Positions 1-8,532 of a stretch of 64,000 nt of DNA are shown in pieces. Location of the stretch: positions 14,489 to 78,488 of the forward strand of contig JADGBR010000010.1 in the NCBI GenBank assembly GCA_015231405.1. Reading direction: 5' to 3'. Position 1 is the stretch's first letter. Each line of letters begins with the position of its first letter. Below the pieces are notes generated by a model. It had not been told where the DNA came from, ran no database searches, and saw nothing but the letters and a program-made list of their open reading frames with translations. Source of the DNA: Candidatus Omnitrophota bacterium. GTDB lineage: Bacteria; Omnitrophota; Gorgyraeia; Tantalellales; Tantalellaceae. A program made the position numbers and the translations under genes.

Positions 1-44
1 GGCCCCGAGATCGATCTCGTCCATTATTTCGGGGTGAACTGTTA

Positions 45-365
45 TCATTTAACAATAGAACCGGTCTCGATGTCGCGTTCCGGAGAAAGAATGGCATGCC
101 CGCTCGCATCGCTCGCGGCAAGAAGCATCCCGTTAGACTGCTCTCCCCTTATCACCGCAGGATCCAGGTTAGCTATGACCACTATTTTCTTCCCGATAAG
201 AGTCTCAGGGGGATATGAAGAGCGTATGCCCGCGACTATCTGCCTTGTCTCGGCGCCCAAAGACACTTTGAGTACGAGAAGCTTATCCGCGTTAGGATGT
301 ACGGCGGCCTCAATTATTTCGGCTACCCTAAAGTCCAGCTTTTTAAAATCTTCGTAAGTCGCCAT
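45..365 (-). CDS. tRNA-binding domain protein (CsaA/EMAP-type OB fold)
   Basis: Complete 106-aa ORF with a TGA stop at 45-47. The pattern (HPNADKL.V..V..G....QIV.GI.....PE.LIGKK..V.ANL.P...RG..S.GM.L) matches the tRNA-binding domain of CsaA and the MetG C-terminus. Confidence 0.7.
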   Translation of the reverse strand: MATYEDFKKLDFRVAEIIEAAVHPNADKLLVLKVSLGAETRQIVAGIRSSYPPETLIGKKIVVIANLDPAVIRGEQSNGMLLAASDASGHAILSPERDIETGSIVK

Positions 366-386
366 ATTAAACAGCCCTTTAAAAAA

Positions 387-716
387 TTACTTTTTTCCTT
401 CCGGAGCCTTGGGAGAAGCGCCTTTCGCAGCAGCTCCAGCTTTCGGAGAGGCTCCCGCTTTCGGTGCAGCCTGAGCCTTCTGCGCACCTGCCGGGGCGCC
501 CGCCGGGGCACCTGCTTCCTGAGCCCCTTCTTCGGCCGCAGCCTTCGTCTTCTTCGCCTTAAAGAGGATCCTCTTGACCTTAGGTAATTTGTATACCGAA
601 TCCTTCTCTTCGAGCCAACTCTCTTTCTCCGCTAATTCCTTAACCCTCTCATGACGTTTTATAACTGAACGGAATTTTCCTTCAGCTCCCGACTTCAGAC
701 TTGGATGTTGTGACAT
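387..716 (-). CDS. small basic Lys/Ala-rich protein (histone H1-like tail)
   Basis: 109 aa. The N-terminus MSQHPSLKSG..FRSVIKRHERV resembles the bacterial small-basic-protein family. The C-terminal half is an (A/P/K)-rich low-complexity tract. Confidence 0.45.
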   Translation of the reverse strand: MSQHPSLKSGAEGKFRSVIKRHERVKELAEKESWLEEKDSVYKLPKVKRILFKAKKTKAAAEEGAQEAGAPAGAPAGAQKAQAAPKAGASPKAGAAAKGASPKAPEGKK

Positions 717-753
717 TAATATCCTCCCGGAAAAATAGTACCTTAAAATAAAA

Positions 754-1398
754 TTATTGTTTGTCTTCCCTTATAAAACAGCCGTTATAAGTAGCATTGA
801 ATTTTTCCTGAGCCTCAGTAGCATCATCTATCGTTTTATATCCTTTTACATATACCTGGTACAACTTACCGCTTTGAATAAAATCGGAATCATAACCCTG
901 GCTTTTCAATTTAGATGCCTCATCAACTGCATTTTCTTTCTTGGCATATGTTACCAGGCGAATAGTATATGACTTACCTTGCGTTTTAGCAACATTTTTT
1001 TGTTCTTCCTGTTTATCCTGAGCGTTTATCACGCTAACTTCATTTTTGTCATTCTGAGAAGACCGTTCCGTGACCGGAGAAACCTGCTCAGGGATAATTT
1101 TAGAGAGCAACGGCTCATTGCCGAGAGACCCAGACCCGTTCAGGATATTGTCCACTATTTCTTCCTTTATGATATCCGCACCCTTAACGTTCCTTTTGCC
1201 CTTCTCTATGCCAACCGCATAAGCGATAACGATTATGACTATCCATATCATAGCGACTATAGGGACAAATTCTATCGGAATGCGCAAATATGGCAGGTAC
1301 CTCTGCCTGGAGTATCCTGAGTTTTTTTTCATGCTCTTGTTGTCGTTCCCCTGAACTTTGTCCTCAGGGAAAAGGTCTTCTTGATATGATCTTTCCAT
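754..1398 (-). CDS. SPOR domain-containing membrane protein
   Basis: Single N-terminal TM helix (IVAMIWIVIIVIAYAV). The C-terminal block YTIRLVTYAKKENAVDEASKLKSQGYDSDFIQSGKLYQVYVKGYKT is a typical SPOR (septal peptidoglycan-binding) domain. Confidence 0.7.
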   Translation of the reverse strand: MERSYQEDLFPEDKVQGNDNKSMKKNSGYSRQRYLPYLRIPIEFVPIVAMIWIVIIVIAYAVGIEKGKRNVKGADIIKEEIVDNILNGSGSLGNEPLLSKIIPEQVSPVTERSSQNDKNEVSVINAQDKQEEQKNVAKTQGKSYTIRLVTYAKKENAVDEASKLKSQGYDSDFIQSGKLYQVYVKGYKTIDDATEAQEKFNATYNGCFIREDKQ

Positions 1399-2129
1399 TA
1401 TTCGCTCCCTATCTTTATGTCTATCTTATCCGTATTTACGTTAACCCAGTTCTTTTTGGTATTACCTTCCACCGCGATGCTGATCTTATACCAGTCTTTC
1501 CCCCCGCATTTTGAAAGGACATAATCGCGAAAATCTCCCAGGAGATCCTTGGAAAGCTTTCCCGAAAGCATTATGTCAAGGTTCACATAAATATCGCCAA
1601 GGCGCATCTGATGGACCATGTCGCCGTTCAGAAGCACGTCATCCGAAACCGCCTGAAAATCTCTTATTACCGTACTTGCGTTACCTTCCTCTATCATAAA
1701 ATTAACATGGTCATATTTTGTTTCCCGGCTGAAGATCTTACCTACGACAGGGTCAAGCGAAGGTATCTTCCCCTCGAGCCCGGATTTTTCGAAAGAAACG
1801 CCGCTCAAGCTGCAGTACCCGATAAACTTCCCTTCCCTATAGGATTCAACAAGCGATATTTTCATGACCGCCTTTTCAGCAGAGATGACAAGATCGGCTT
1901 TTTTTACAGCCAGACTGAAATTCTGGTAATAAAGCTGTTCAAAGACATTGCCGCTTCGCTGGGAAAAAGACATGTCATAACCCGAAAAATACCTGCAATA
2001 CATAATAGCCAGAACATCGACACATAGGACAGCCCATGACAATAAAGCCAAGGCCATTACTAGCACCATGACCCTCCAAAAAGTCCTTGTCTCAGGGATC
2101 CTCGCGGCTTTATTTATTATCATTCTCAA
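1398..2129 (-). CDS. hypothetical membrane-anchored protein
   Basis: 243-aa ORF with an N-terminal hydrophobic segment (MVLVMALALLSWAVLCV) and no motif I recognise. It overlaps its neighbours by 1 nt and 20 nt. Confidence 0.45.
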   Translation of the reverse strand: MRMIINKAARIPETRTFWRVMVLVMALALLSWAVLCVDVLAIMYCRYFSGYDMSFSQRSGNVFEQLYYQNFSLAVKKADLVISAEKAVMKISLVESYREGKFIGYCSLSGVSFEKSGLEGKIPSLDPVVGKIFSRETKYDHVNFMIEEGNASTVIRDFQAVSDDVLLNGDMVHQMRLGDIYVNLDIMLSGKLSKDLLGDFRDYVLSKCGGKDWYKISIAVEGNTKKNWVNVNTDKIDIKIGSE

Positions 2130-3636
2130 GCTCTTTTTTCAGAAGATTAAGTATCTTTTTCTGAGCAATGACCTCGCAGAAAATCTTAACAATGCCCGGG
2201 TCGAACTGCGAGCCGCTATTCCGTTTGACCTCTTCGACCGCGGCGGATATAGACAGTGCCTTCCGGTAAGACTTCTTCGTGATCATCGCCTCAAAGGCAG
2301 AAATAACCGCCATCACCCTGGCGGCCAGAGGTATCTCCTCTTTCTTGAGCCCGCGAGGATAGCCGGTTCCGTTATAATTCTCGTGATGGTAAAGGATGAT
2401 AGGTATTATGGGTTTAAGGGCCTTCGATTTCGAGAGGATATCGGCACCTTTAAGGGTATGCTTTTTTATGATATCGAATTCGCTGCCTGTCAAAACACCC
2501 TTTTTCATTAAAAGTTTCTCGGGGATACTGATCTGGCCTGTGTCGTGAAGCATGGCCGCGTACTGCATCATTTTTATCTCCGTCTCGTTCATGTTCAATT
2601 TAAATCCGATCGTTTTGATAAGGTGCCTAAAAGAAGCTTCTGCCACGAACCCGCCGTGGGGCCTTGCCTGCAATAAGCCCGCTATGCACTGGATGCTGCT
2701 CATGGTAAGGCGTTCCTGCTCCTCGTAAAGCTGGGCGTTCTTAATGGCTGTGATGGCCTGTTCCGCCAGAGTTTCCATTATCTCGGAATCATTTTCAGCA
2801 AAAGAAGTCCCGTCGATCTTGTCGTATAATGTGATCACTCCAAGGACATCGCCCTCTATGAGAGGTGTGGCGAGGTAATTCCTGCCCATGATCGACCTGG
2901 ATTGTTTTACTGCACGGCCCGGGGCATACCTGCCAATGGCCACCTTTTTTAGCTTCGTTTTTGTGCTCCGGAGATCTATTGTGGCCACCGGAAGAAGAGT
3001 CTTCCTTTTTTTATCAAGGAGCTTTATGGAACAGCGGTAGGCTTTCATGACCTGCAGTGATAGCCTCGCTATCCTCGGTACCAGTTCGTTAAAATCCAGC
3101 GTCGAGCTCATCAGCCTGTGCAGCGTGTGGACCGTCGACAGGGCTAAAGCCCTAGGACGGATCGTTTCGTTGAGGTCCTCGATCTCCAGTTCCTTCCTGG
3201 ATTCCCTAACGGCCGCGTCCAAATGTTCCTGGTAGAACGCCAATATCTCATTCGAAAGAACGGACGTGACTCCAGCGATAACCACGGCTCCAAGGACATG
3301 GCCGTCGGATCTCAGGAAGAAAATATACCCCTTATTATTCCTGCTCGACCGGAACTCGCCGGACTGTTTTTCGTGATAAACCCCTTTAATAGACCTTAGA
3401 AGTATATCAAGATCTTTTCTCCCTTCGCTTTTCGCTATATCCCTCGATACCATCCATTTCTGGATATTAGCCCCCATGAGCTTGTGGTCGGATTCGGATA
3501 TAAGGGGCAGAAGCAGCCAGGCATGGGTGCCGAATAACCTCAAATGTCCGGAAAACCCGTTATCCTCCTGCCATCTTGAGCGCAATTTTTCGAAAAGCCT
3601 CTGTAAGTATATCCTTTCCTTCTTCTTGATGTTCAT
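2110..3636 (-). CDS. GAF domain-containing HD-GYP phosphodiesterase (c-di-GMP)
   Basis: 508 aa. The C-terminal HD domain carries AAMLHDTGQ and HHENYNGTGYP (the HD-GYP signature). A GAF-like region lies upstream. Confidence 0.8.
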   Translation of the reverse strand: MNIKKKERIYLQRLFEKLRSRWQEDNGFSGHLRLFGTHAWLLLPLISESDHKLMGANIQKWMVSRDIAKSEGRKDLDILLRSIKGVYHEKQSGEFRSSRNNKGYIFFLRSDGHVLGAVVIAGVTSVLSNEILAFYQEHLDAAVRESRKELEIEDLNETIRPRALALSTVHTLHRLMSSTLDFNELVPRIARLSLQVMKAYRCSIKLLDKKRKTLLPVATIDLRSTKTKLKKVAIGRYAPGRAVKQSRSIMGRNYLATPLIEGDVLGVITLYDKIDGTSFAENDSEIMETLAEQAITAIKNAQLYEEQERLTMSSIQCIAGLLQARPHGGFVAEASFRHLIKTIGFKLNMNETEIKMMQYAAMLHDTGQISIPEKLLMKKGVLTGSEFDIIKKHTLKGADILSKSKALKPIIPIILYHHENYNGTGYPRGLKKEEIPLAARVMAVISAFEAMITKKSYRKALSISAAVEEVKRNSGSQFDPGIVKIFCEVIAQKKILNLLKKELENDNK

Positions 3637-3639
3637 ATA

Positions 3640-4803
3640 TCATACCCTTTCATAAGGCTCGAATAGTTTTTTATACTGGTCCAAAGCGTATCTATCCGTC
3701 ATTCCCGCTATGTAATCACAAATGGCCCGGTACTCTCCTCTTCCCGTCATTTTATCCCTGACGTTGGGAGGGAGCTGCCCGGGGTCGTCCGCATAGACGT
3801 GAAAAAGGCTTTTTAGGAACCTGGACGCCTTATTGGACATCCTGATCACCCGATAATGTCTGTAAAGTTTATTGAGCAACACTTCCCTGAAATGCGCCCT
3901 TTTCCTGTTCATTTCGTCGGAAAATTCTACAAGCCTTTCCCGGAACGCTGCAAGTTCATCGATCGACTGTATCCCCGATCTCTCCAACCGTTCTATGGAG
4001 TTGCCTATTATATCGGAGACCTGCGCGTTGATGAGAGCCCTGATCATCTGCGCCCTACGGATAGTCTGGTCCACTGTTCCATACCCCTCGAGCGCCCGGC
4101 GCGCGACTTCCTCCCATAAAGGTATCTCTTCCAGGTCACTATCGGCTAGGAGCCCGCTTTTCAATCCGTCATCGATATCGTGATTATCGTAAGCTATCTC
4201 GTCAGCCACGTCAACGACCTGTATCTCGAGAAGCCACGGCCCGGGAACATCCGTTCCGTAGCATCTGGAAAGATCGAACGGGGTGGAATGTTTAATGATG
4301 CCTCTCCTCACCTCCGAGGAAAGGTTCAGCCCCGGGAAATCCGGATATCTTTCTTCAAGCAGGTCTACTACCCTGAGCCCGTGAGAGTTATGATCGAACC
4401 CTCCGTGGTCCTTCATGAGCTCCATAAGGGTATCCTCACCCGCGTGGCCGAAAGGGGTGTGCCCGACATCATGAACAAGCGCTATAGCCTCTACCAGTTC
4501 CTCGTTAAGCCTGAGCGCCCTGGCTATGGTGCGGGCGATCTGCGCGACTTCAAGGGTATGGGTGAGCCTTGTTCTGTAATAATCCCCCTCATGGTTCACA
4601 AAGACTTGAGTCTTATACTCGAGACGCCTGAACGCCGTGGAATAGATGATCCTGTCCTTGTCGCGCTGGTAAACAGACCGGTAGGCGTGCTCGTCCTCTT
4701 TGTGGGCCCTACCCATGCTTTCCCTGCTTTTCATGGCGTACGGGGCCAGAAGTTCATATTCCCTGTTCTCTATGTCTTCTCTGGAAAGGATTCTTATACC
4801 CAT
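3640..4803 (-). CDS. dgt: deoxyguanosinetriphosphate triphosphohydrolase (dGTPase family)
   Basis: 387 aa. HD motif block LTHTLEVAQIART...HDVGHTPFGHAGE and overall dGTPase-like architecture. Confidence 0.85.
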   Translation of the reverse strand: MGIRILSREDIENREYELLAPYAMKSRESMGRAHKEDEHAYRSVYQRDKDRIIYSTAFRRLEYKTQVFVNHEGDYYRTRLTHTLEVAQIARTIARALRLNEELVEAIALVHDVGHTPFGHAGEDTLMELMKDHGGFDHNSHGLRVVDLLEERYPDFPGLNLSSEVRRGIIKHSTPFDLSRCYGTDVPGPWLLEIQVVDVADEIAYDNHDIDDGLKSGLLADSDLEEIPLWEEVARRALEGYGTVDQTIRRAQMIRALINAQVSDIIGNSIERLERSGIQSIDELAAFRERLVEFSDEMNRKRAHFREVLLNKLYRHYRVIRMSNKASRFLKSLFHVYADDPGQLPPNVRDKMTGRGEYRAICDYIAGMTDRYALDQYKKLFEPYERV

Positions 4804-4820
4804 AGTTTATGGAAAACGCT

Positions 4821-5312
4821 TCAGATGTTAATTATCTTCCCTTCTATCCGACCGCGATCGTTAATTTCTATTATCCCAAACGACCGGGTATCAGAATAGA
4901 CCATATCGGTGGGACTACCAGGGTTGAAATACAGTATGCCGGAGATGACCTCGTTGTAAGGCGTATGCGAATGTCCGAAAATGATTATATCAGGACGCTC
5001 ACTCTTGAAAGAATCCCTTACGAATTCAACCATCCTGGGAATGCTGCCCGAACCGTGAATAAGCCCTACTTTTTTACCTTGAGCCTCAAAAACCAGCTTT
5101 GACGGGAATCTCTTCTTAAGGTCAGGACTGTCCATATTGCCATGAACGACCTTAACATCGGACAATTTTGCCAGATCGTCGATGACTTCCTTAACGCAAA
5201 TATCTCCGGCATGAGCGATAACATCGCACTCGCCCAGCAGTTTAATGACTTTTTGGGGAAGACGCTCGGCGGAAAAAGGGATATGCGTATCCGACAGAAC
5301 CCCTATTTTCAT
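4821..5312 (-). CDS. YfcE/MJ0936-family metallophosphoesterase
   Basis: 163 aa with the motifs GVLSDTH, AGDI, GNMD and GHSH. It overlaps the upstream gene by 4 nt. Confidence 0.8.
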   Translation of the reverse strand: MKIGVLSDTHIPFSAERLPQKVIKLLGECDVIAHAGDICVKEVIDDLAKLSDVKVVHGNMDSPDLKKRFPSKLVFEAQGKKVGLIHGSGSIPRMVEFVRDSFKSERPDIIIFGHSHTPYNEVISGILYFNPGSPTDMVYSDTRSFGIIEINDRGRIEGKIINI

Positions 5313-6940
5313 AATACGATCTCGAATTTATTAAAAAGGCGCAATAACTGGTTCAACTGCTTAATATCCCATACCCAGACCCCGTTCTCTTTAGCCATGA
5401 GAAAAGCGTTATGATCTATATCCTGGAACGGTATGATCATACGCCTGGCTATAACTGAATTCTCAGAGGACTTACTCTTACAAAGCGCCATTACATCATT
5501 TTCGTCCGTTATGTCCTCTCGCTTAATATGGCATAGCCAGGTCTGTTTTCCTTTACGGCCCAAAACCTCGAACATGTTCCCGGATATCTTCGCCGACCTT
5601 ACCTCGTCAAAGAACGGAAGCTGCCTTTCCTGCATATTGATATTGACCTTTTCGTCCCTAAAAGACGAAAAAAGCCCGCATATAACGTCAAGAGGGTCCC
5701 TGTGGGAGAACACGGTAAAATCGGAGAAATCTTTTTCCAATATAGCCAGGAACTCACGATATTTCATGTCGGGGTCATCGACCAGCGTGCTTTGTTTGAG
5801 ATCATATACGTTCCTTAACCAGAACTCGAAAAGCGGATCATCGATCTTGTAAAAAACTCCGGTCTTATAGACGAGATCCATCTGGATGAGCGTATTCAGT
5901 TTCTCGCTGATATCCTTGATGGTCCTTTTAATATCGTTCCTGATAAGTTTTATCTTGGAATTGCCTTTAGACAGGGATATAAGCACCGGAATAAAACTTT
6001 TCCGGGAGCTTTTCTCGAGAAAAAAGTTAATATTGTTCGTGAAATACTGATTAAGAATGCCGTCCGAGTCATAAAGGACTCCCGCCAGAGCCGAGAATAG
6101 ATGCGCTTGGTGGGCTTTCCCTTCCGTGTCTCCCTTAGCATATGCCAGCAGGCTCTTAATTGTGGTCTCAATGTAAAAAGGGTTCCCCTTCGATATCTCG
6201 AGTATGTAGTTTATGACGGAGGCCGGGATATCGATATCGCGCACCTTTTCAGCGATAAAAGACCTGGCCGTCTCGTTATCGAACCCCTCGACGTTCAGTA
6301 TCTCGAAATTGCCAAAAAGGAGCGATAACTTTTTTGACAGTATCTCTTTGAGAAGGGTTTTCTGTGAACTGGAAACGATGTACATTGTGTTCTTCTGCAC
6401 CATTATGAACTTGCCGAATATCTGGAAAGGTTTTTTTAGATTAAAATTAGAGAGATTATGGAACTCATCAAAAACGACCACGCAGTTCTTACCCGTCTCG
6501 TACTTAAAGGTCGAAGTAAGGTCCAGCAGGTTCTCGTACGCTTCCGTGTCCTTCCCCTTCTCGAGCATACCTGAGATGTCGTCTATCTGCTTAGAAGTGG
6601 CCGGCAACATTTCCCGGGTAACAGCCCTGAGGTTCTCGAACTCCCCGTCATGTTTGATCCCCATCGATCTCAGGTACTGATACAGCAGAGTGGCCATGAA
6701 CCGCGTCGAAAAAACCTTGAAATCCTCTTCCATCATCTCGATGTATATCGGAACTATCGCCGGATCCTTAAGACCTTTCAAAAAATGCCTAAGTATTGAC
6801 GATTTCCCCGCCAGCATAGACCCAGCCAGCGCCAGATTCTGCCTGTACCCGCCCTTTATGGCCGCGACCCTTTTATGCAGGATCGCGAGTATAGTCTCCC
6901 GCCCGAAAAAATTTTTCCCCGATACCGGTTCTATGAACAT
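5309..6940 (-). CDS. archaeal-type AAA ATPase (Arch_ATPase with DUF234-like C-terminal region)
   Basis: Walker A GSMLAGKSS preceded by FFGRE..L..L. The track start at 6979 is a TTG, and the first ATG is M14 (6940), giving MFIEPVSGKNFFGRE, which is typical of this family. Confidence 0.6.
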   Translation of the reverse strand: MFIEPVSGKNFFGRETILAILHKRVAAIKGGYRQNLALAGSMLAGKSSILRHFLKGLKDPAIVPIYIEMMEEDFKVFSTRFMATLLYQYLRSMGIKHDGEFENLRAVTREMLPATSKQIDDISGMLEKGKDTEAYENLLDLTSTFKYETGKNCVVVFDEFHNLSNFNLKKPFQIFGKFIMVQKNTMYIVSSSQKTLLKEILSKKLSLLFGNFEILNVEGFDNETARSFIAEKVRDIDIPASVINYILEISKGNPFYIETTIKSLLAYAKGDTEGKAHQAHLFSALAGVLYDSDGILNQYFTNNINFFLEKSSRKSFIPVLISLSKGNSKIKLIRNDIKRTIKDISEKLNTLIQMDLVYKTGVFYKIDDPLFEFWLRNVYDLKQSTLVDDPDMKYREFLAILEKDFSDFTVFSHRDPLDVICGLFSSFRDEKVNINMQERQLPFFDEVRSAKISGNMFEVLGRKGKQTWLCHIKREDITDENDVMALCKSKSSENSVIARRMIIPFQDIDHNAFLMAKENGVWVWDIKQLNQLLRLFNKFEIVL

Positions 6941-7015
6941 ATTGTTTGTTTCAGGTAAGCTGGTTACGTATAAATCCAAAAAAGGAAATCATAGCGTCAT
7001 TCTTCAATACATATA

Positions 7016-7044
7016 ATGATATGATATTTAGATACGGATGTCAA
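7016..7044 (-). promoter_or_regulatory. putative sigma70 promoter for the ATPase gene (TTGACA-N17-TATCAT)
   Basis: Read on the minus strand: TTGACA at 7044..7039, a 17-nt spacer, and TATCAT at 7021..7016, about 75 nt upstream of the M14 ATG. Confidence 0.3.
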
Positions 7045-7106
7045 TAAAAGACGGGGGTTATTGTTCCAAAAGATTGGAAAAACAAAGAATATATAAATGC
7101 GTTCTA

Positions 7107-7280
7107 AGCGCGAAGCCATGCGACACAACAAGAGCGAGCAAAGCCATGCGACACCAGCGAGCAAAGCCATGCGACACCAGCGAGCAAAGCCATGCGATAC
7201 ACCAGCGAGCAAAGCCATGCGATACACCAGCGAGCAAAGCCATGCGATACACCAGCGAGCAAAGCGATGCGATACAACGC
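7107..7280. repeat. tandem direct repeat array of about 7 units of 23-25 bp (AGCGAGCAAAGCCATGCGAyAC(AC)C)
   Basis: Two identical 23-bp units (7133-7178) and three identical 25-bp units (7179-7253), flanked by degenerate copies at each end. The units are contiguous with no spacers. Confidence 0.85.
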
Positions 7281-7332
7281 AATAAGAGTCACGTGCCCAT
7301 AAGGCACACAATTTTAGGGGAAAAGGGTTCTT

Positions 7333-7366
7333 AAGGGAAAGGGGGACATTACTCCCCCTTTCCCTT
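7333..7366. other. perfect 14-bp inverted repeat hairpin (AAGGGAAAGGGGGA-cattac-TCCCCCTTTCCCTT)
   Basis: Seen directly in the sequence. A second perfect palindrome GGGGGAACC-aa-GGTTCCCCC lies at about 7470-7489. Confidence 0.6.
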
Positions 7367-7493
7367 ATATCCCTGAAATAAAAATAACATGAAATAATAA
7401 TTGCACCAATAGGAGGGGGTGACAGTGAGCGAACCCGTTATTACCCGTCTACAAAGCGAACGCCAAGAGGGGGAACCAAGGTTCCCCCTATGG

Positions 7494-7560
7494 AAAAAAT
7501 TAGGGACGTCACCCATTTTCGTAATTCATCGCTATAAATGGGTGACGTCCCTAATTTTTT
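7494..7560. terminator. bidirectional intrinsic terminator (19-bp stem TTAGGGACGTCACCCATTT / AAATGGGTGACGTCCCTAA flanked by T-runs)
   Basis: The stem is followed by TTTTTT on the plus strand (7555-7560) and by TTTTTT on the minus strand (7499-7494). It lies immediately 3' of the minus-strand tRNA. Confidence 0.7.
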
Positions 7561-7634
7561 GGAGCGAGAGAGGGGAATCGAACCCCCGTAGCTAGCTTGG
7601 GAAGCTAGTGCACTACCATTGTGCTACTCTCGCT
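7560..7634 (-). tRNA. tRNA-Gly (anticodon CCC)
   Basis: The minus-strand sequence AGCGAGA-GT-AGCA..GTGC-A-CTAGC-TTCCCAA-GCTAG-CTAC-GGGGGTTCGATTCCCC-TCTCGCT-CCA folds as a cloverleaf with a T-loop GTTCGATTC. The anticodon loop TT-CCC-AA and the CCA end are encoded. Confidence 0.85.
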
Positions 7635-8532
7635 AAAACCTTACAAGGGACATAAGGGCCTTGTACCTTTGCCGGATGTCCCGATCTTTAACTTTTAAAA
7701 GGGCGTTCACGCTGAAATCCTCGACCGTAAACGACGCCAATATACTACCATATACCAGCGACCTTCTCAAGTCTCTATCTGTGATCCGGCGCTTACCCGC
7801 AAGATAACCCAGCATCCCGCCCCCGAAAGTGTCACCGGCGCCAGTGGGGTCGACGACCTTTTTAACGAGATAGACCGGGACCATGAACGAAAGTCCTCCG
7901 GAGAATAAAAGCGCTCCGTGTTCCCCTTTTTTGATCACTACCTTCTTTGCCCCTTTCGAAATGATATATCTGGCGGCGTCAAGCAGGTTCGACTCGCCTG
8001 AGAGCTGTCTGGCCTCCTCGTCGTTAAGAAGAAGGATATCGATCTTTCCCAGAAGTTTCAAGAGTTCCTTTTTCTTAGTCGCTATCCAATGGTCCATAGT
8101 ATCGCAAGCGACTATCCCCGTGGCTGAGACATTCTTGAATATCCAGCCCTGAAGCTCCGGATCGATATTCGCGAGAAAAAGGCTTCTTGCTTTACGGAGC
8201 TCAATGGGTATGACCGGCTTAAAACCCTCGAAAACATTCAACTTAACGCTCAGAGTATCTCTATGGATAAGGTCCTTATGGTATTTAGCTTCCCATCTGA
8301 AAGTTTCCCCGTCCTTCCTCTCTACACCCAGGGTATTTACCCCCCGTCCCCGGAATATTTCGTAATATTTCCGGGGGAAATCCGTGCCGACAACGCTTAT
8401 GAGATTCACCGGTGAAAAGAAAGAAGCTCCCAACGCGGCATACGTAGCTGACCCGCCAAGCACATTATTTTTCTTTCCGTACAAGGTCTCAACGGTGTCA
8501 AACGCGACCGAACCTATTATCGCCAGGGACAT
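7633..8532 (-). CDS. PfkB-family carbohydrate kinase
   Basis: The PfkB signature DPTGAGDTFGGG is near the C-terminus. The likely start is the ATG at 8532 (MSLAIIGSVAFD), which overlaps the thiC stop as TAATG. The track extension to 8604 overlaps thiC. Confidence 0.75.
   Translation of the reverse strand: MSLAIIGSVAFDTVETLYGKKNNVLGGSATYAALGASFFSPVNLISVVGTDFPRKYYEIFRGRGVNTLGVERKDGETFRWEAKYHKDLIHRDTLSVKLNVFEGFKPVIPIELRKARSLFLANIDPELQGWIFKNVSATGIVACDTMDHWIATKKKELLKLLGKIDILLLNDEEARQLSGESNLLDAARYIISKGAKKVVIKKGEHGALLFSGGLSFMVPVYLVKKVVDPTGAGDTFGGGMLGYLAGKRRITDRDLRRSLVYGSILASFTVEDFSVNALLKVKDRDIRQRYKALMSLVRF

Noticed and set aside
7107-7280. CRISPR array interpretation of the 23/25-bp repeats
   Set aside because: The units are contiguous tandem copies with no unique spacers between them, and there is no leader or cas gene nearby. 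This is a minisatellite-type array, not a CRISPR array.
7038-7334. Track ORF 7038-7334 (+) and the minus-strand ORFs across the tandem repeat
   Set aside because: The translations are just the repeat read in different frames (AKPCDT, LLAGVSHGFARWC). No start context, and they sit on a non-coding repeat array.
7560-7634. Integrated prophage or integrative element at the tRNA-Gly
   Set aside because: There is no integrase, no direct repeat of the tRNA 3' end, and no phage-like genes within the window. Only the repeat-rich spacer is unusual.
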